Shown one piece after another: positions 1 to 12,929 of a stretch of 64,000 nt of DNA. Under the pieces are notes generated by a model, which saw nothing but the letters and a program-made list of their open reading frames with translations, was not told where the DNA came from and made no database searches. The DNA is from Octopus vulgaris. Lineage: Eukaryota. The position numbers and the translations under genes are program-made. Each line of letters starts with the position of its first letter. Positions within the stretch are counted from its first letter, which is position 1. The stretch spans positions 39,928,001 to 39,992,000 of the forward strand of contig OX597814.1 of assembly GCA_951406725.2 (NCBI GenBank). Reading direction: 5' to 3'.

Positions 1-410
1 CAAACTTCAGAGTGTAGCAATATACAGTCACCGGAAGTAACTTGCACGGACACCGGAAATACATCTGCCATCACCAGAGAAAACAAAGCAACTACCTCCA
101 GCGACTTGCCTGACCTTTCATTGGACAAAAGCTACCTACCTGCTATTCTATTGGACACTGGCTAAACATCACTGCTGATATTTTTGTATAAATAGACATC
201 ATAAATCGCTGTAAAGGCAGTTGGCTTTTTGGATCTCGACCGATGTAAATCGTGTCCCTCTCGTCTGCCACGCTCGCCACTCACGCCGCCTCGAACATTT
301 GTACTGCCATTTCACGCCTGAAATAAATCGCTGTATAAACTTACACCTCTTGTCTGCTCGTCATTTCAACTACTGCTTTCGTCTGTCCAGTTTTGCTGAT
401 TACGACCACA
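1..410 (+). mobile_element. 3' part of an LTR (solo or 3' LTR), probably from an LTR retrotransposon
   Basis: Two ATTGG (CCAAT) boxes, TATAAATA at 187, Inr-like CAGTT about 30 bp downstream (218), AATAAA at 322, ends ...ACCACA at 410. No TGG primer-binding site follows. Confidence 0.5.
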
Positions 411-665
411 GTCCTTTTCAGGGCTAATTCAAGTCTGATCTGAATCCGATAACAGTCCTTTTTAGGACTACTCTGAGATCCGATCTAATTTCGATAACAG
501 TCCTTTTTAAGACTATTCTTGGACCGGATCTGAATGTGATAACAGTCCTTTTTAGGACTACTCTCAGATCCGATCTAATTACGATAACAGTACATTTTAG
601 GACTATTCTTGGATCGGATCTAATTGCGATAACCGTTCTTTTAAGGGCTACCCTCAGATCAGACC
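411..665. repeat. 45-bp minisatellite, about 5.5 units with alternating A/B variants
   Basis: Units start at 451, 496, 541, 586, 631 (AACAGTCCTTTTTAGGACTACTCTCAGATCCGATCTAATTNCGAT); a partial unit precedes them. Confidence 0.92.
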
Positions 666-1084
666 AGAGTAGTGGCCAAGAATCATACCCGCTACAGCAG
701 TGTCGGAGTCAAGCAAAATTGTCTGGAATTTCCCACTCCAAAAAGATCAGGTGCGAGAACATACAAACTGGATCTAGTAGTGGTGGATGAGATTCTAGAC
801 AATCATCACAATTGAACGTATAACCCAGTTACTGAAAATATTAAACAACTGGAAAACACCTGAATACGTTAGAATTGGCAGGGCCGTTCAATGAGATTCT
901 AACGGAGCCAGATCGGTCATCTGAATGCCTCACAGATGGAAAAACCAGCCCAATATTCAAATTTACTGAAACTATAACATTTCTCATTCCTAAGGTATTT
1001 TCGATATTGTTAGCCCGCGTTCTTAACCACTACTCCATATGCCCGTTGTGTTAACAACAAACAAGGTTAGGACAAATATAGGTC

Positions 1085-1530
1085 AATTATAAATAATGTA
1101 AATAATGTATTTGGAAATGTTTAAGTGAATGTGATTTCAAAAACGTGAGTTGTTTGTACAGTAAGAATTTATATTTTAGCTTTCTTCAAACGGATAATAT
1201 TCTAATGTTTTATTTAAAATTATTTTCAAGTGAATGCCATTACAAAATGTTTTTGGCATACTTAAATACATTTCATCGTGAAAATGACTTTAAAAATACT
1301 GTAAATATTTTTAAAAAGACCCGTTCGTAAACTTGGTGTGAAATATGTTTTTTTTACCCTATTTATTTTTTCGAGTGCATTCAATGTATCTCACATACAA
1401 AGTTTTGGCTGCACACCCAGCTAGAACGTGACAGGTATTTGCGACAAAGGACCGGATAAAACTGTTATGCGATAGCAATGCGCGCAAGAAATAGCAGCCA
1501 AATCTTTCGTTTCGGGAGAAAGGAGCCGTT
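1085..1530 (+). repeat. Unclassified dispersed repeat, copy 1 (copy 2 at about 4440-4916)
   Basis: Collinear shared blocks, e.g. TTGTTTGTACAGTAAG, AGACCCGTTCGTA, GCAAGAAATWGCAGCCAA...GAGAAAGGAGCCGT. Confidence 0.8.
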
Positions 1531-1658
1531 TACGCATGATTTCAATATGAAATTTGCTGAAGGCATGCGAAATAATATGGAGAAGAAAATAACCCCCACA
1601 GCTCCGTTGCTGGGAAACTCTGTGTTGCCTAGTGACCCAACTGGTGAAATGTAGTGCA

Positions 1659-1692
<34 letters not shown>

Positions 1693-1695
1693 CTA

Positions 1696-1744
<49 letters not shown>

Positions 1745-1888
1745 GGGTAAGATTAATGAATTAGTTAATAATTAATAATTTTACCAAGTAGTAAGGTATG
1801 TTATAAGAAATATTATCGGAAGACATACAAAAATTCTATAATTATTTCATTTTTGTATATATATATATATATGTGTATGTATGTATGC

Positions 1889-1921
<33 letters not shown>

Positions 1922-1946
1922 TACATACATACATACATACGTATAA

Positions 1947-2010
<64 letters not shown>

Positions 2011-2070
2011 ATATATATATAGATAGATATATACGTATATATATATATGCATATATATATAATATATACA
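1659..2070. repeat. (TA)n / (TACA)n microsatellite cluster
   Basis: Direct inspection. Confidence 0.95.
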
Positions 2071-2343
2071 TGTAATTTTGAGATTTAGTTTGTAAGATTC
2101 GTTATGTGAATTTGTGTGTTGAAGCATAATTTACTTGTGTCTACGGAGAGTCATGCTATTTTAGTGACTTATCATTTAGCACACTCACAAACTCAATTTC
2201 CATTCATTCATTTATCTATTTATTCTAACTAAAGTAGTTATTATTATTAAATAATAAGGCACTAAAAGAGAACAACTCTCCAAAGATAGGTCCAGGCCAT
2301 GTCTAACTTAATAGCACCGCCTGATAGGATTATCTAAATCGAT

Positions 2344-2975
2344 TATAAGTCGAGTTTAGTGATATTAATCGTCCATGAAAGTAGAGAGTTCTTGTTGAGT
2401 GAGTTGTATCGTGGTATGGGTGACTTATCTTGTATTCCTTGAATAAATTTGTCCAGACTACTTTTAAAGGTGATGGGATGCTTTTCCTCTTTGATCAGTT
2501 TTGGGACAATGTTAAACAGGTCAGTGCTTACTAAGGAAAATAAACTGTGTCGCATTGTTCCTATATGTTGAGGCTCTGAATTGGATAGGAGACTATAGCC
2601 CGTAGTACCAGTCTTGGATGAAATTTGAAGCTAATGTCGAGGAAGTCTGGGCAATGCTAGCGGTATATTCTCCATATCGTGCAAATGATGTACCGCTCGC
2701 AGCGGCGCTGGAAAGAGTAGAGTTTCAAGGCTTTAAGGTGGTCCCAGTAGTCAATATGAGTCATGCCCTTAATTCGTTCAGTGAGTACCTTCTGGGTTTA
2801 TTCAATTTTCGAGATGTTTTGTTTTGTATGAGGAGACCATAGGGGGCAGCAGTATTCGAGGTGTGGCCAGACAAAGAGAAAAGTGGAATGACGACACCTT
2901 ATTTTCTGGACCGGAAAGTTCTTAAGATCCAGGAACTCATCCTACAAGCTATATCGGCCTTATTGTTGGTGTGGG
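2344..2975 (-). mobile_element. CR1-group LINE, 3' ORF2 remnant
   Basis: Minus-strand peptides HLEYCCPLWSPH, LKLYSFQRRCERYIICTIWRIY and LFNIVPKLIK...FKSSLDKFI match the CR1 post-RT domain. Confidence 0.75.
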
Positions 2976-3756
2976 CACTAATACCACAATGGAACAAATC
3001 ACTCAGAGATAGAAATGTCGCCTTTTGGAAGATGATCTAAAACAACAACAAAGCGGGTATATACGAAAAATGGCTCAATAGGATACCGTTAATTTTCCCA
3101 CGCAATCTCCAGATTAAAGCTATTACAGATGAACCTGAGGCACAAAGAAGCCTCTGGGAAAGAATACCACTGGAAAAAAATGTCGAAATAGAATGAAGAT
3201 AAAGTAAGATCCATCGATGAAGAGATCAACCAAGAAATTAGCAAAATGATTCAAGGCCCCGACCATGCGAAAATCTCTAACCTATAGAACGTTTATAAAA
3301 ACTATTGAGCACAATGAGAAACTAAATCATAGAAACTATTGAACACAATGAGAAACGAAATCATAATAAAAGCATAGAAATGAACTTTTTTCGAACGACG
3401 AAAAAAAAAACCAACGGAGAAACGAGACATACAACATAAAAAATATTCCTCTTCTTCAGTTGTCCCTGTTTCATCTCCTCCTAGTTTTGAAGGTAAGGAC
3501 AAGACGTGACTTCACTGAAATAGTCGTTCCTGCAAAGCAAATTAAATAAGATTTGGGATTTTTTGTGGAGGGTGAAAGTGGTAACAAGAACAGGACAGTG
3601 AGAACAAAACACTAAAAACAAACGGTGAGGCATATTAAGACAAGAGGATAAACAAATTATTATGAACGCAAGAAAGACGGGCTTATGAAGGAGATACATA
3701 TATGTTATTTATATTATTTTATGATCGAACACCACGCATGTTTTTCCAAGTAAGTT

Positions 3757-3770
3757 TATCTATCTATCTA

Positions 3771-3845
<75 letters not shown>

Positions 3846-3860
3846 GTCTATATATATACA

Positions 3861-3894
<34 letters not shown>

Positions 3895-3936
3895 CATATA
3901 TTTATACTTACATATATATATATATATATATATATA
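3757..3936. repeat. Compound (CTAT)n-(CA)n-(TA)n microsatellite
   Basis: Direct inspection. Confidence 0.95.
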
Positions 3937-3939
3937 CGA

Positions 3940-4088
3940 GGGGGCGCTTTCAGATTCCGTCTGCAAAATCCACTCACAAGGGTTTGGTCGGCCCGCATGT
4001 ATGGTAGAAGATACGTGCCTTGCAGTGAGACTGAATTCGGAACCATGTGGCTGGGGAGGCGGCATCTTACTATACAGCCACTCCTGCG
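3940..4088 (-). mobile_element. 5' half of a tRNA-derived SINE with a CORE-like domain (resembles octopus OR2)
   Basis: Matches the head of the full copy at 41616-42059 (GCAGGAGTGGCTGT...CACATGGTTCCG...TTGTGAGTGGATTT). Confidence 0.75.
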
Positions 4089-4090
4089 AT

Positions 4091-4122
<32 letters not shown>

Positions 4123-4439
4123 ATATCAGAAATGAAATTCAATCTTGTTTGCTTGCAATGTTACACACCCAAACAGGGGCATCATAGCTAAATACTATGA
4201 ATTAATGTCCACCGGAAATGTGAATAAAAACGGAAGAAAGCAGGTTTCGCGGAAATCGGGCAGCGGGTTCTTGGGGTGTTAGTGGTTTAAGCGCATATAT
4301 ACCCAAAACGCCGCATGATTGGGAAATACTACGAAAACAGCTTTCACCCTGAAAGGGAAAAAACTCTAACCTTTCGATAAGATACATTAGTGATTTTTTA
4401 ACTTGATACCAAAAATATAGAAGTTGTTTTGTACAGTAA

Positions 4440-4916
4440 ATGTTTCTATTTTTGCTTTTGTTGAACAATATTTTAATCATATAGAAATATTTTTAACTGA
4501 ATGTAATTTCAAAAATGTAACTTGTTTGTACAGTAAGTATATATATATTAGCTTTCTTTAAACTGACAATATTGTAATGTTTTTTTTTAAATATTATTTT
4601 CAAGGAATACTATTGGAAAAAGTTTTTTTTTTTCGGCGTATTTTAAAATATTTTAAATTGAAAGTGACTTTAGAAATGCAATGACAATTTCGTAAGAGAC
4701 CCGTTCGTAGTCGCGGTGAGTAATTTTTTTTTTCCATTGGAATTTTTGAGTGCTTTCGACATATCTCACCTCCAAAGATTTGGTTGCTATTTCTAGTGTA
4801 CCTTGCTACCATGTAACAGCTATTTGCAATATAGGACCCGAAATGGCTGTTAGATGGTAGCAGGGCGTGCAAGAAATTGCAGCCAACTCTTTCGTTTTCT
4901 AGAGAAAGGAGCCGTG
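4440..4916 (+). repeat. Unclassified dispersed repeat, copy 2
   Basis: Similar to 1085-1530. Confidence 0.8.
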
Positions 4917-4919
4917 ACT

Positions 4920-5105
4920 AATTAAATCAAAGACAGGAAGAGAGAATTGGAGAAAAAAATAGAAGCAAAAGGGAGGGAGACAAAAAAGAAATTAAAAAAT
5001 CGGGTGTGTTGGCCAAAATAAAGTGATAGGAGGAAAGGAATGGTGAGGGGTAATGTTAGCTAGTGGTCAGAAACAAAGTGATAGGAGGAAGGGAGATGTT
5101 AGTTG
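4920..5105 (-). mobile_element. Fragment of the putative PLE terminal repeat also seen at 7170-7370
   Basis: Reverse complement matches CTCCTATCA...CTGACCACTA...TTTTTGTCTCCCTCC...TTTTGCTTC. Confidence 0.6.
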
Positions 5106-5302
5106 GAAAAGAAAGAGAATATATATGCATTCTACCTTTCTTATACATATACATACTTCAACACATACCCACGCATATACTCATGTATGTGTATATATAC
5201 TAACACGCACACACAATTACACACACAAAGGCTGGTATGTGTGCATATATATTTATATATACCCACATACAAATCCTTACTTATATAAAATATTTATACA
5301 TG

Positions 5303-6727
5303 TTAGTTAGTTAGTTAGTTTGTTAATTTTTTGGCTCAAAAAGCAAAAAGCAAGGCCATGTAGGGGGACATGGAGTTATGTACAGGGTGGGATTCATGTA
5401 AATAGTTCAGGCCACTTGAGGTCTAATGAGACTTTGATCCGAGCGGTCGTCGGCATCTTCATCTCGCCTGGCAGCTTATTCCACGGATCCACAACCCGGA
5501 CGGAAAAAGCACCTCTCCTTCGATTGAGATGAAATCGTCGCAGATAGAGCTTTTCGGAATGACCCCGCAGCCGACGCTCTGGAGCAGGAGTGAAGAACAG
5601 CTCTTTTGAGAGGTTACACTTTCCGTTTATATTGTTGTGAGCAAGAATGAGATCTCCACGGCGTCGTCGTTTTTCTAGAGAATAAAGGTCGACCGTCTTC
5701 AGCCTTTCTTCATAAGACAAATTCTTGAGACCAAGAACCGTGCGGGTATCCAGCTTCTGGACTCTTTCGAGATGCTGTATGTCTTTGAGGAGATAAGGAG
5801 AAGAGGCTTGAATCTCGTACTCCAATATGGGTCTCACCAGCGTGACATAGAGTGGTAGGAATATGGCTGTTGTGAGCATTCCGAATGACCGTCGAAACAA
5901 GAACAGAATTCCGCGTGCTTTGTTGACAGCATTGACGCACTGGGCCGAAGGCGAAAAGGAGGGAATCCACCAAGATACTCAGGTCCTTTACCTGATCGGT
6001 CCTCTCCAGCAGCAGACGACCCGGCTCGAAATCAAGTTGAATTGCAGGAGGATAGCCAACAGGCAAATGACAGCACTTTGACACGTTCAGACACAGGTCC
6101 CATTCGTTAGACCATCTCCAAATTTGGTGGAGGCATCGACGAAGATCATCTATATCACCGCGAGGAGCGACCAGTTTGACATCGTCGGCAAATAGAAGGG
6201 TGTGTTGCTTGAGGTCGTCGGGCAAGTCATTTATGAAGAATAAGAACAATAAGGGCCCAAGCACTGAACCTTGAGGCACGCCACTGCTCGCACTGGAGAC
6301 GTCGGACCGCGAACCATTAACTAGGACTTGGAAGGAGCGATCTGAGAGGAAGGCACCAACCTATCGTACAATATCCGTATGGAAACTATATGCTTGAAGC
6401 TTGACAGGTAATAGGCGGTGGCTTACCGTGTCAAAAGCCTTGGCAAAGTCCAATAAAACGATGTCAACAGCATCACCATCATCGAGGATGCGCGTCACCA
6501 ATTCTTCCATTACCAGTAAGTTGGTCAAGCATGATCTCTTCGGCACGAATCCGTGTTAGGAATCAGAGATAGAGGCTGTGTTTTGGAGGTGGAGCATCAT
6601 ACATTTCTTTTGGATGGTTTCAAACATCTTGCTGATTATTGATATAAAGGAAACCGTTCGGTAGTTAAGCGGGTCTTCGCGGCTCCCTTTCTTGAAAATT
6701 GGGCAGACTATCGCTGTTCTCCAGTCA
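5303..6727 (-). mobile_element. 5'-truncated CR1-group LINE: RT pseudogene, 3' UTR and (TAAC)n tail
   Basis: Frameshifted ORFs with WRTAIVCPIFKKG, NYRTVS, RSCLTNLL, LDFAKAFDTVSH, PQGSVLGPLLF, LFADDVKL, LVRPILEY, SYEERLK, RRRRGDLI, LRGH. GTTA repeats at 5303-5319 form the tail. Confidence 0.95.
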
Positions 6728-6847
6728 ACAGGTATGTAGTGATACATACTCACATGTACCCGTTTGCATGCTCATATAAGTATTGACACAAATATACATA
6801 CACACACACAAACACACACACATACATACACATATATATATATATAC

Positions 6848-6919
<72 letters not shown>

Positions 6920-7149
6920 GTTTCCTGTAAAAGAAAAAATCCCAAAGGGGTGCGATCCATTGTCTTTACCTCCGCTCAAATATAGATACGAATGAGGGTG
7001 CAAGTAAGTGAATGCGCGTGAAGATACATAATACCAAAACTGAATACCTACTTACATATCACCCCGCCCTTACCTCTCTCTACCTTTTCTGCACCCATCC
7101 CTTAATACAGCTCTATCACACATATCTCACATTCTTTTACTCCTTACCA

Positions 7150-7815
7150 TCACATTTACTTTCTCTCCTCCTCACATCGCCCTTACTCCTATCATTTTAA
7201 TCTGACCACTAACTAACACTCCCTTCATCTCTCCTTCCTCCTATCATTTTATTCTGGCCACTAACTAACACACCACTCATTTCGTTTCCTCTTTATTACT
7301 TTTTTGTCTCCCTCCGTTTTGCTTCTTTTTTTTCTTCCCATTCCCTCTTCCGATCTTTGATTTGGCCTGTCTCCTCTTTCTAATCATACACATCTCTCCG
7401 CTTTCTATCTGTCCATTAACACTACCAATACATTTTACTTCACAACAAAAAAACTCCTCGATCGACCAGCACTCTTTACAATGCTTTATGCTTCGGAATG
7501 ACCAAATATAACTACCATTGGAACTGTAAAACCAGGTACAAGAATATGTCTTCATCCCACCAGAAATATTTTCGCCACTTATATACACAATTCTACTTGA
7601 ATAATGGAACTGCAAATACAATATCCCTATGTATCTCACTTCTGTATTCATTCTCTTACTTCCCTCTATACTTCATATCTACTTTGCAATGATTAATACT
7701 CAGACATTTTCTCGCACCGTCTCTGATGAAGGGATATACAAAATATCCCGGAAACAGCTGTGAGAAATTTTATGAAATCTACTTACTGAATTTGTCTTGT
7801 TTTATCGCATTCTGT
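7150..7815 (+). mobile_element. Putative Penelope-like pseudo-LTR carrying a hammerhead (copies at 19560-19930 and 26750-27010)
   Basis: Pyrimidine-rich segment, then a conserved block shared by three copies, ending at (TA)n; contains a hammerhead motif. Confidence 0.65.
7719..7766 (+). ncRNA. Minimal type-I hammerhead ribozyme motif (degenerate copy)
   Basis: gtct-CTGATGA-a-gggatat-acaaa-atatccc-g-GAA-ACAGCTGT-g-aga: canonical core, 7-bp stem II, palindromic stem III. Cleavage residue is G here and A in sister copies. Confidence 0.75.
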
Positions 7816-7817
7816 CA

Positions 7818-7879
<62 letters not shown>

Positions 7880-7927
7880 AAACAATCTAAGATAGAATAT
7901 GCTAAAATAATTTTATAAAGAACATTT

Positions 7928-7965
7928 CAGTACCGGTTTCGGTAATTTTGAGACCATTTCAACTG
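7928..7965 (-). ncRNA. Degenerate minimal hammerhead-like motif in a PLE-type terminus (about 7876-8100)
   Basis: Minus strand: cag-TTGAAAT-ggt...acc-GAA-ACCGGT-A-ctg; stems I-III present, core degenerate. Confidence 0.4.
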
Positions 7966-8264
7966 TAACGATTAAAAAATAAAATTTAGGAAAAAATTAA
8001 AGAAAAGTTTTTTTAAAGGAATATTTGTATAGTGTTCAAATATAAGTGGCATTCTGCCTTTCCTGTCTCCCTTGTTTGCACTTCTGTGTTCAAGGTCGTA
8101 TATATATATATATATATATTTGCATGCTAATACATTAAACCACGTTGGTCACCTCACTCGTATCATTATCGAGCCTGGATCTTAACCATGGTCTATCCAT
8201 AGGACTTCCTTAGCGCTTACCCGCTAGATTTTGGGTCTTCCTGACACCAATACATTTCATACCA

Positions 8265-8305
<41 letters not shown>

Positions 8306-8308
<3 letters not shown>

Positions 8309-8506
8309 TGGTTTTCAACCGGGGTTCCGCCAGTACAGTCCAGGGGTTCCGCAAGAAGTTACAAAACTGCTAACATCGACAGTAATTTTTTATTCTCCTG
8401 TGCAGATATGTGTGCATAAGACTATTAAATTATTGCACAGGGGTTCCTCGAGGCAGCGGAATGTTTCCTTGGGGTTTCGCTCCAGCAAAACGTTAGAAAA
8501 GCACTG
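8306..8506. mobile_element. 201-bp MITE with hAT/Charlie-like ends, inserted in (TA)n
   Basis: Terminal inverted repeats CAGTGGTTTTCAAC / GTTAGAAAAGCACTG; internal GGGGTTCC repeats. Confidence 0.8.
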
Positions 8507-8579
8507 ATATATATATATATATGCACATACATATACATATATATACATATACATATACATTCATATATATATATATATA

Positions 8580-8631
<52 letters not shown>

Positions 8632-9582
8632 CATTCATATATATATATATATATATATATATACTGGCATAATATTTTCAATGTCTAAGTCACAAATGTA
8701 TTTAAGTATTATATCTATTTATCTGTATGTATTTATGTATACGTGTGTGAGTGTGTGTCAGCATGCATATATATATATAACTATATGTATTATTCACTAA
8801 GTGCTCTCCCAGGTCACAAGCGTATGAGGTGTATATCCTATAATATATATACGCAGATGCATGTATGTGTGTGTCTCTGTGTGTGCGTGTGTGGTTGAAT
8901 TGAATTGGTGAATTGTTTCTCATGATTCTTACACTTCCATAATTTATTCGATAGCATTTCACTACAGAGACGTGAAAGTACATGCATGTTTTGCACGTGC
9001 TCAACTGAAGTGATTATCTACAATACAATATGCAAATTTACGTTTATGATTCTGACAAGTGAATTCATAAATGCAGCAGTCTGTCTCCTCCTAATGCTTT
9101 AATATGCATTGGGATTCCTAGCAAGTTTTTACATCATGGTTAATATTCACTGTGAATAGTGTAATGCGTTTGACAAACCAGAACAATAGTCTCAATTTAT
9201 CAGACGATAAAATCACATGACACATGTACGCAATACAGAGATGCCATGTAATATATTAAGAATTTAGTGTCTACATTACGTGCATTAAATAGTTTATATC
9301 AAAGAAATCGATCTAACTGAATGAAGCATTCAACAATTAGAAGATATAGTTAGGCACATTAGGAGTGTGTGAAGCACAAGTTTAGCACTAATAGACCAGA
9401 CATCTAATAAAAGTTTAAAGAGTCACATATATAATGTCTAATTATATATGGGTCAAGGAGTTTTAGATGTTCTGATACATTGGTATGGGAGAAAAATAAA
9501 TTTTTGATTGAGACAGAATATTTAACATAATGTTAAAATGTAGAAACGCATATACAATTTCACACACACACCACACACACAG

Positions 9583-10640
9583 AGTATGATAAATAAACTG
9601 TCGTCTAAATTATGCGGAAATGAAAATAACACTGACACATAATTTTACCAAAATTACATAAAAATATCTTGAAATACTAAAGGTTAACTTTATTCAATAA
9701 AATCGCTACTGGCTTGAAGCAAAGCCTTCAGACGAATTCGGAATCTTCTGAAACTCTTCTGGACGGCCTCTATAACCCTTGCCACCAGTTTATCCTTATT
9801 GTAGGAAGGAGCTTTCTTTGTCTCTCGCACAAATGCGCCCCAAGTGATTTGCAGTCTGATAAGTTAGGTGGCCAGATGTTATGGGTGATGTGGTCGCAGA
9901 AATTGTGTGACACCTATGACTGGGCTTTCCTGCTTGTGTGACATGGTGCAGACACCTGTTGCCAGATATACTGTCACGCAGCAGCCAGCCTCTTCCCCCA
10001 GCACAGCACTAACTCCTTGAAGTCATGTGGGAAGATGAATTGCAGCACAACGTCGCCATCACAGGTGATCATTCGAAGCACCATGATGTTGACTGGACAT
10101 TTGACCTTTATCATTCTCGGTACATGTTTTGGAGACACAACAAGACAATGGTTGTTCTGTGTGTTCACCAACTGATCCTAGAAGAAACTTCTCTCGTCTG
10201 AGAAAAACCAAGCATGTTTCGTTGGAGGGGGAAGCATGCGTTTGCTCAAAATCTTCGTAGTGCAGTCTTTCCTCTTGTCCTCGAAGGCTTGGTGTAAAAA
10301 CTGGCCCGTTTTCATCGTGAATAAAGAATACCGAATTCTCTCATGCACTATGTGTATGGTAAGAAACTCAGAGAATCCCGTGTCTCTGGCAATGGACCTG
10401 ATTGACTCGAAGGGATCGTTGTTAATCATGGTCTTCATCTCACCAACAAATTCAGGAGTTATTTTCTTATTAAGACGATCAGAGTGAGTATTCCGAGATG
10501 CTTTACCTTTGTAATCAACCCGAGATTCATCCAACTCTTTCCAAACCTATGGACTATCCTCAGATTCACACACAAACACTCTGAAATATTTGTATTAGTG
10601 CTTGTAACGCGAATGTCAAGTAGTACATCATTTCGTTTCC
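9583..10640 (-). mobile_element. Degenerate Tc1/mariner-superfamily transposon, maT/DD37D-like
   Basis: Minus-strand remnants SIRSIARD, WFFSDERSF, MVLRMITCDGDV and DHITHNIWPPNLSDCKSL (compare WPPNSPDCNPLD). Confidence 0.75.
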
Positions 10641-10649
10641 AAAGGGAAC

Positions 10650-10770
10650 AATAGAATAAGTATTATGCTTAAAGAATAAGCCCTAGTATCCGTTTGTTCA
10701 GTTAAAACCCTTCAAGGTGGTGTCCCAACAAGGTCTCAATCTAAGGACTGAAAGAAGTAAACAAGAAAAA
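10650..10770 (+). mobile_element. 3' tail of the CORE-like SINE
   Basis: AGAATAAGTA...AAGAATAAG...GACTGAAAGAAGTAAA matches the tail of 41616-42059. Confidence 0.6.
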
Positions 10771-11029
10771 GTATATGTGCGTGTATGCGCGCGCGCGTTT
10801 GTGTGTGCTTGTGTAGGTGTTCACTCAGTATATCTTTACATACTGCTGTTTTATACGCAAAATACCATGAAATTACCAATATATATTAAACAAATGAAAT
10901 ACACATGAAAATTTAATATCTATAAGTTGTAAAATTATTATCATTGAAAGATAGTTACGAATACTTAATATGATCAGTAAATTTGATGTACACCACATTC
11001 GATACACATCTCCATAGGTTGGAAACACT

Positions 11030-11290
11030 TATTTTAGAATCGTAATGTATCTAATTTATTAACACTTTATTGGTTTAACAATTGGATACTGACTTCTCCA
11101 CATTTGACCTCTTTTGGAGCTCACATACGTTCCATAATCTCTTGAAAGTCCGGTCTCCATTGTTTAAATATCCGAAACTGCTGATCGTATAAAACTGTAC
11201 ATTTCACATACCTTTGTCACTGAATCACCACCGGCATCGTAATTTCTGATAAATTCCCATTTGGCCTATCTATCAACCTTGCTACCATAA
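11030..11290 (-). mobile_element. Degenerate pogo/Tigger-like transposase N-terminus
   Basis: Minus-strand peptide WEFIRNYDAGGDSVTKVCEMYSFIRSAVSDI resembles an HTH-psq helix-turn-helix. Confidence 0.45.
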
Positions 11291-11804
11291 CGCAATCAAC
11301 ATACACCATCAGGTCTATGAAAGTTCTTGGTCAGAACAACACACATTAAAAGACGGTTCTGGAAGGAGTTCTATTTGCTGTACATGTATGGCTAACCCGA
11401 TTTCCGGTTGAACCTGGTATCCTTTCACCTTGACAGAAGAATTTTTTTTTTTTTTTTTGTGGGTGCATATCTATGTATGCATGCATGCATGCATTATTCA
11501 ATATTATTTCATGATTTCTTACCAATTGAAAAAGAGCCGGTTTCTCCCTTAGATCCACGGCTCCTTCATCGGAATATCAACAACATCAACAGGGTATTTT
11601 AGTATGCGTGTTTGTATGTATGTATGTATGTATGTATGTATGTATGTATGTATGTATGTATGTATGTATGTATGTGTGTATATATGTATGTATGCATGCA
11701 AGTATATATGTATGTATGTGTGTGCACACATTTGTATGTTTTGTTTTATGTATATCTTTTCATTCAGATACTTGCACATCTAGACATGCACATATATATT
11801 TAAA

Positions 11805-12213
11805 TGATAAACTCTGGGAAGTTTTACAGATTTTTACAGTTCCTGTGATGGATTGGATCTGTAGTCTTCGAATAAGGTTTCTCCTTTCTGGTTTTGAGAA
11901 GCCTGATCTTTCATGATTGGAATTTATGTAGTGTGTTACCTAACCCAGTACCCCAATAATTGCAGGTCTAAACCTGATCTTGTAATCTAGTGTAACTTAA
12001 GACTGTTCAATAGTTCATCGTAGATATTCCCTTTTTCACTGATCCTCAGCTTTGTGGTAACACCCACTGGAAAACTGATTTCCACAACTATACACAGTTT
12101 CTCTTCTCAATCCCAGATCATTATATCAGGTCTGTTGTGCTTACATTTTAATGAGGTTTCACGGGAACGTACAGCTTTTTTAGTATGAGCGGCTATGGCT
12201 TCTACCATACATT
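11805..12213 (-). mobile_element. R4/Dong-like non-LTR retrotransposon, C-terminal restriction-like endonuclease remnant
   Basis: Minus strand KHNRPDIMIWD...CIVVEIS-P...EK--IY-EL...IIGVLG (PD-D-E-K REL motif); homologous to 27035-27830. Confidence 0.8.
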
Positions 12214-12818
12214 CCTCCATTGCTCTAGGGACCAATTCCGTAAATTTTTACTTCACTCTAAACGCTTTGCAAAATTTCTTTTTGAAAGTAGTAGTTTTCT
12301 GATTGCAGGCCTCCCGTGAAATCCGGCTTTGTGAAGCTCCCAGCGAACAGTTTTTGTGGAAGGTGGGTTCTCGAGGTGATCATTAAGCTCTGTAATAATT
12401 TTAAGCGCTATACTTTTGTAATTCTTTCTTACAATTCGCGTCTCTGACAGTCCCTGTCTGAAAGTTTTGGTTTTCTTCCGAAGTTTTTGACGAGGAGGTT
12501 CTTCCCTCTTTCTCGAAGTTTCTCACTAGATTCGAGACAGTACTACTTCGATACACCAATCATTTCAGCTGCTTTCGTTACGCTAGCTACTGCTTTACGA
12601 GCACCAACAATTTGACCTATTTCAAAGTTCGAGAATTCTGTCATTGTAATGACCTTTTTCTGATGAAATCTGAAAAGAAACAGCAATTTTAGCAAAACAT
12701 ATTAAGCAACACTAATAATAAATATAAAAACAAAAATGAACAAGCTTTTGACGGTTTTATAGATATCTCAAAATTATGATGGTATGATACTAGGTGTTAC
12801 CATCATTTTGTCCAACTC

Positions 12819-12821
<3 letters not shown>
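12210..12821 (-). mobile_element. Tc1-like transposon, 5' half (TIR plus N-terminal transposase)
   Basis: TA-CAGGAGTTGGACAAAATGATGGTAACACC terminus at 12821; MTEFSNFEIGQIVGARKAVASVTKAAEMIGVS, GRKPKLSDRD, ELHKAGFHGR, WSLEQWRNV. Confidence 0.88.
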
Positions 12822-12869
<48 letters not shown>

Positions 12870-12895
12870 CATGTATATATGTATGTATGTATATA

Positions 12896-12929
<34 letters not shown>

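Noticed and set aside
411-665. CRISPR-like array
   Set aside because: Head-to-tail units without unique spacers, eukaryotic context, no cas genes.
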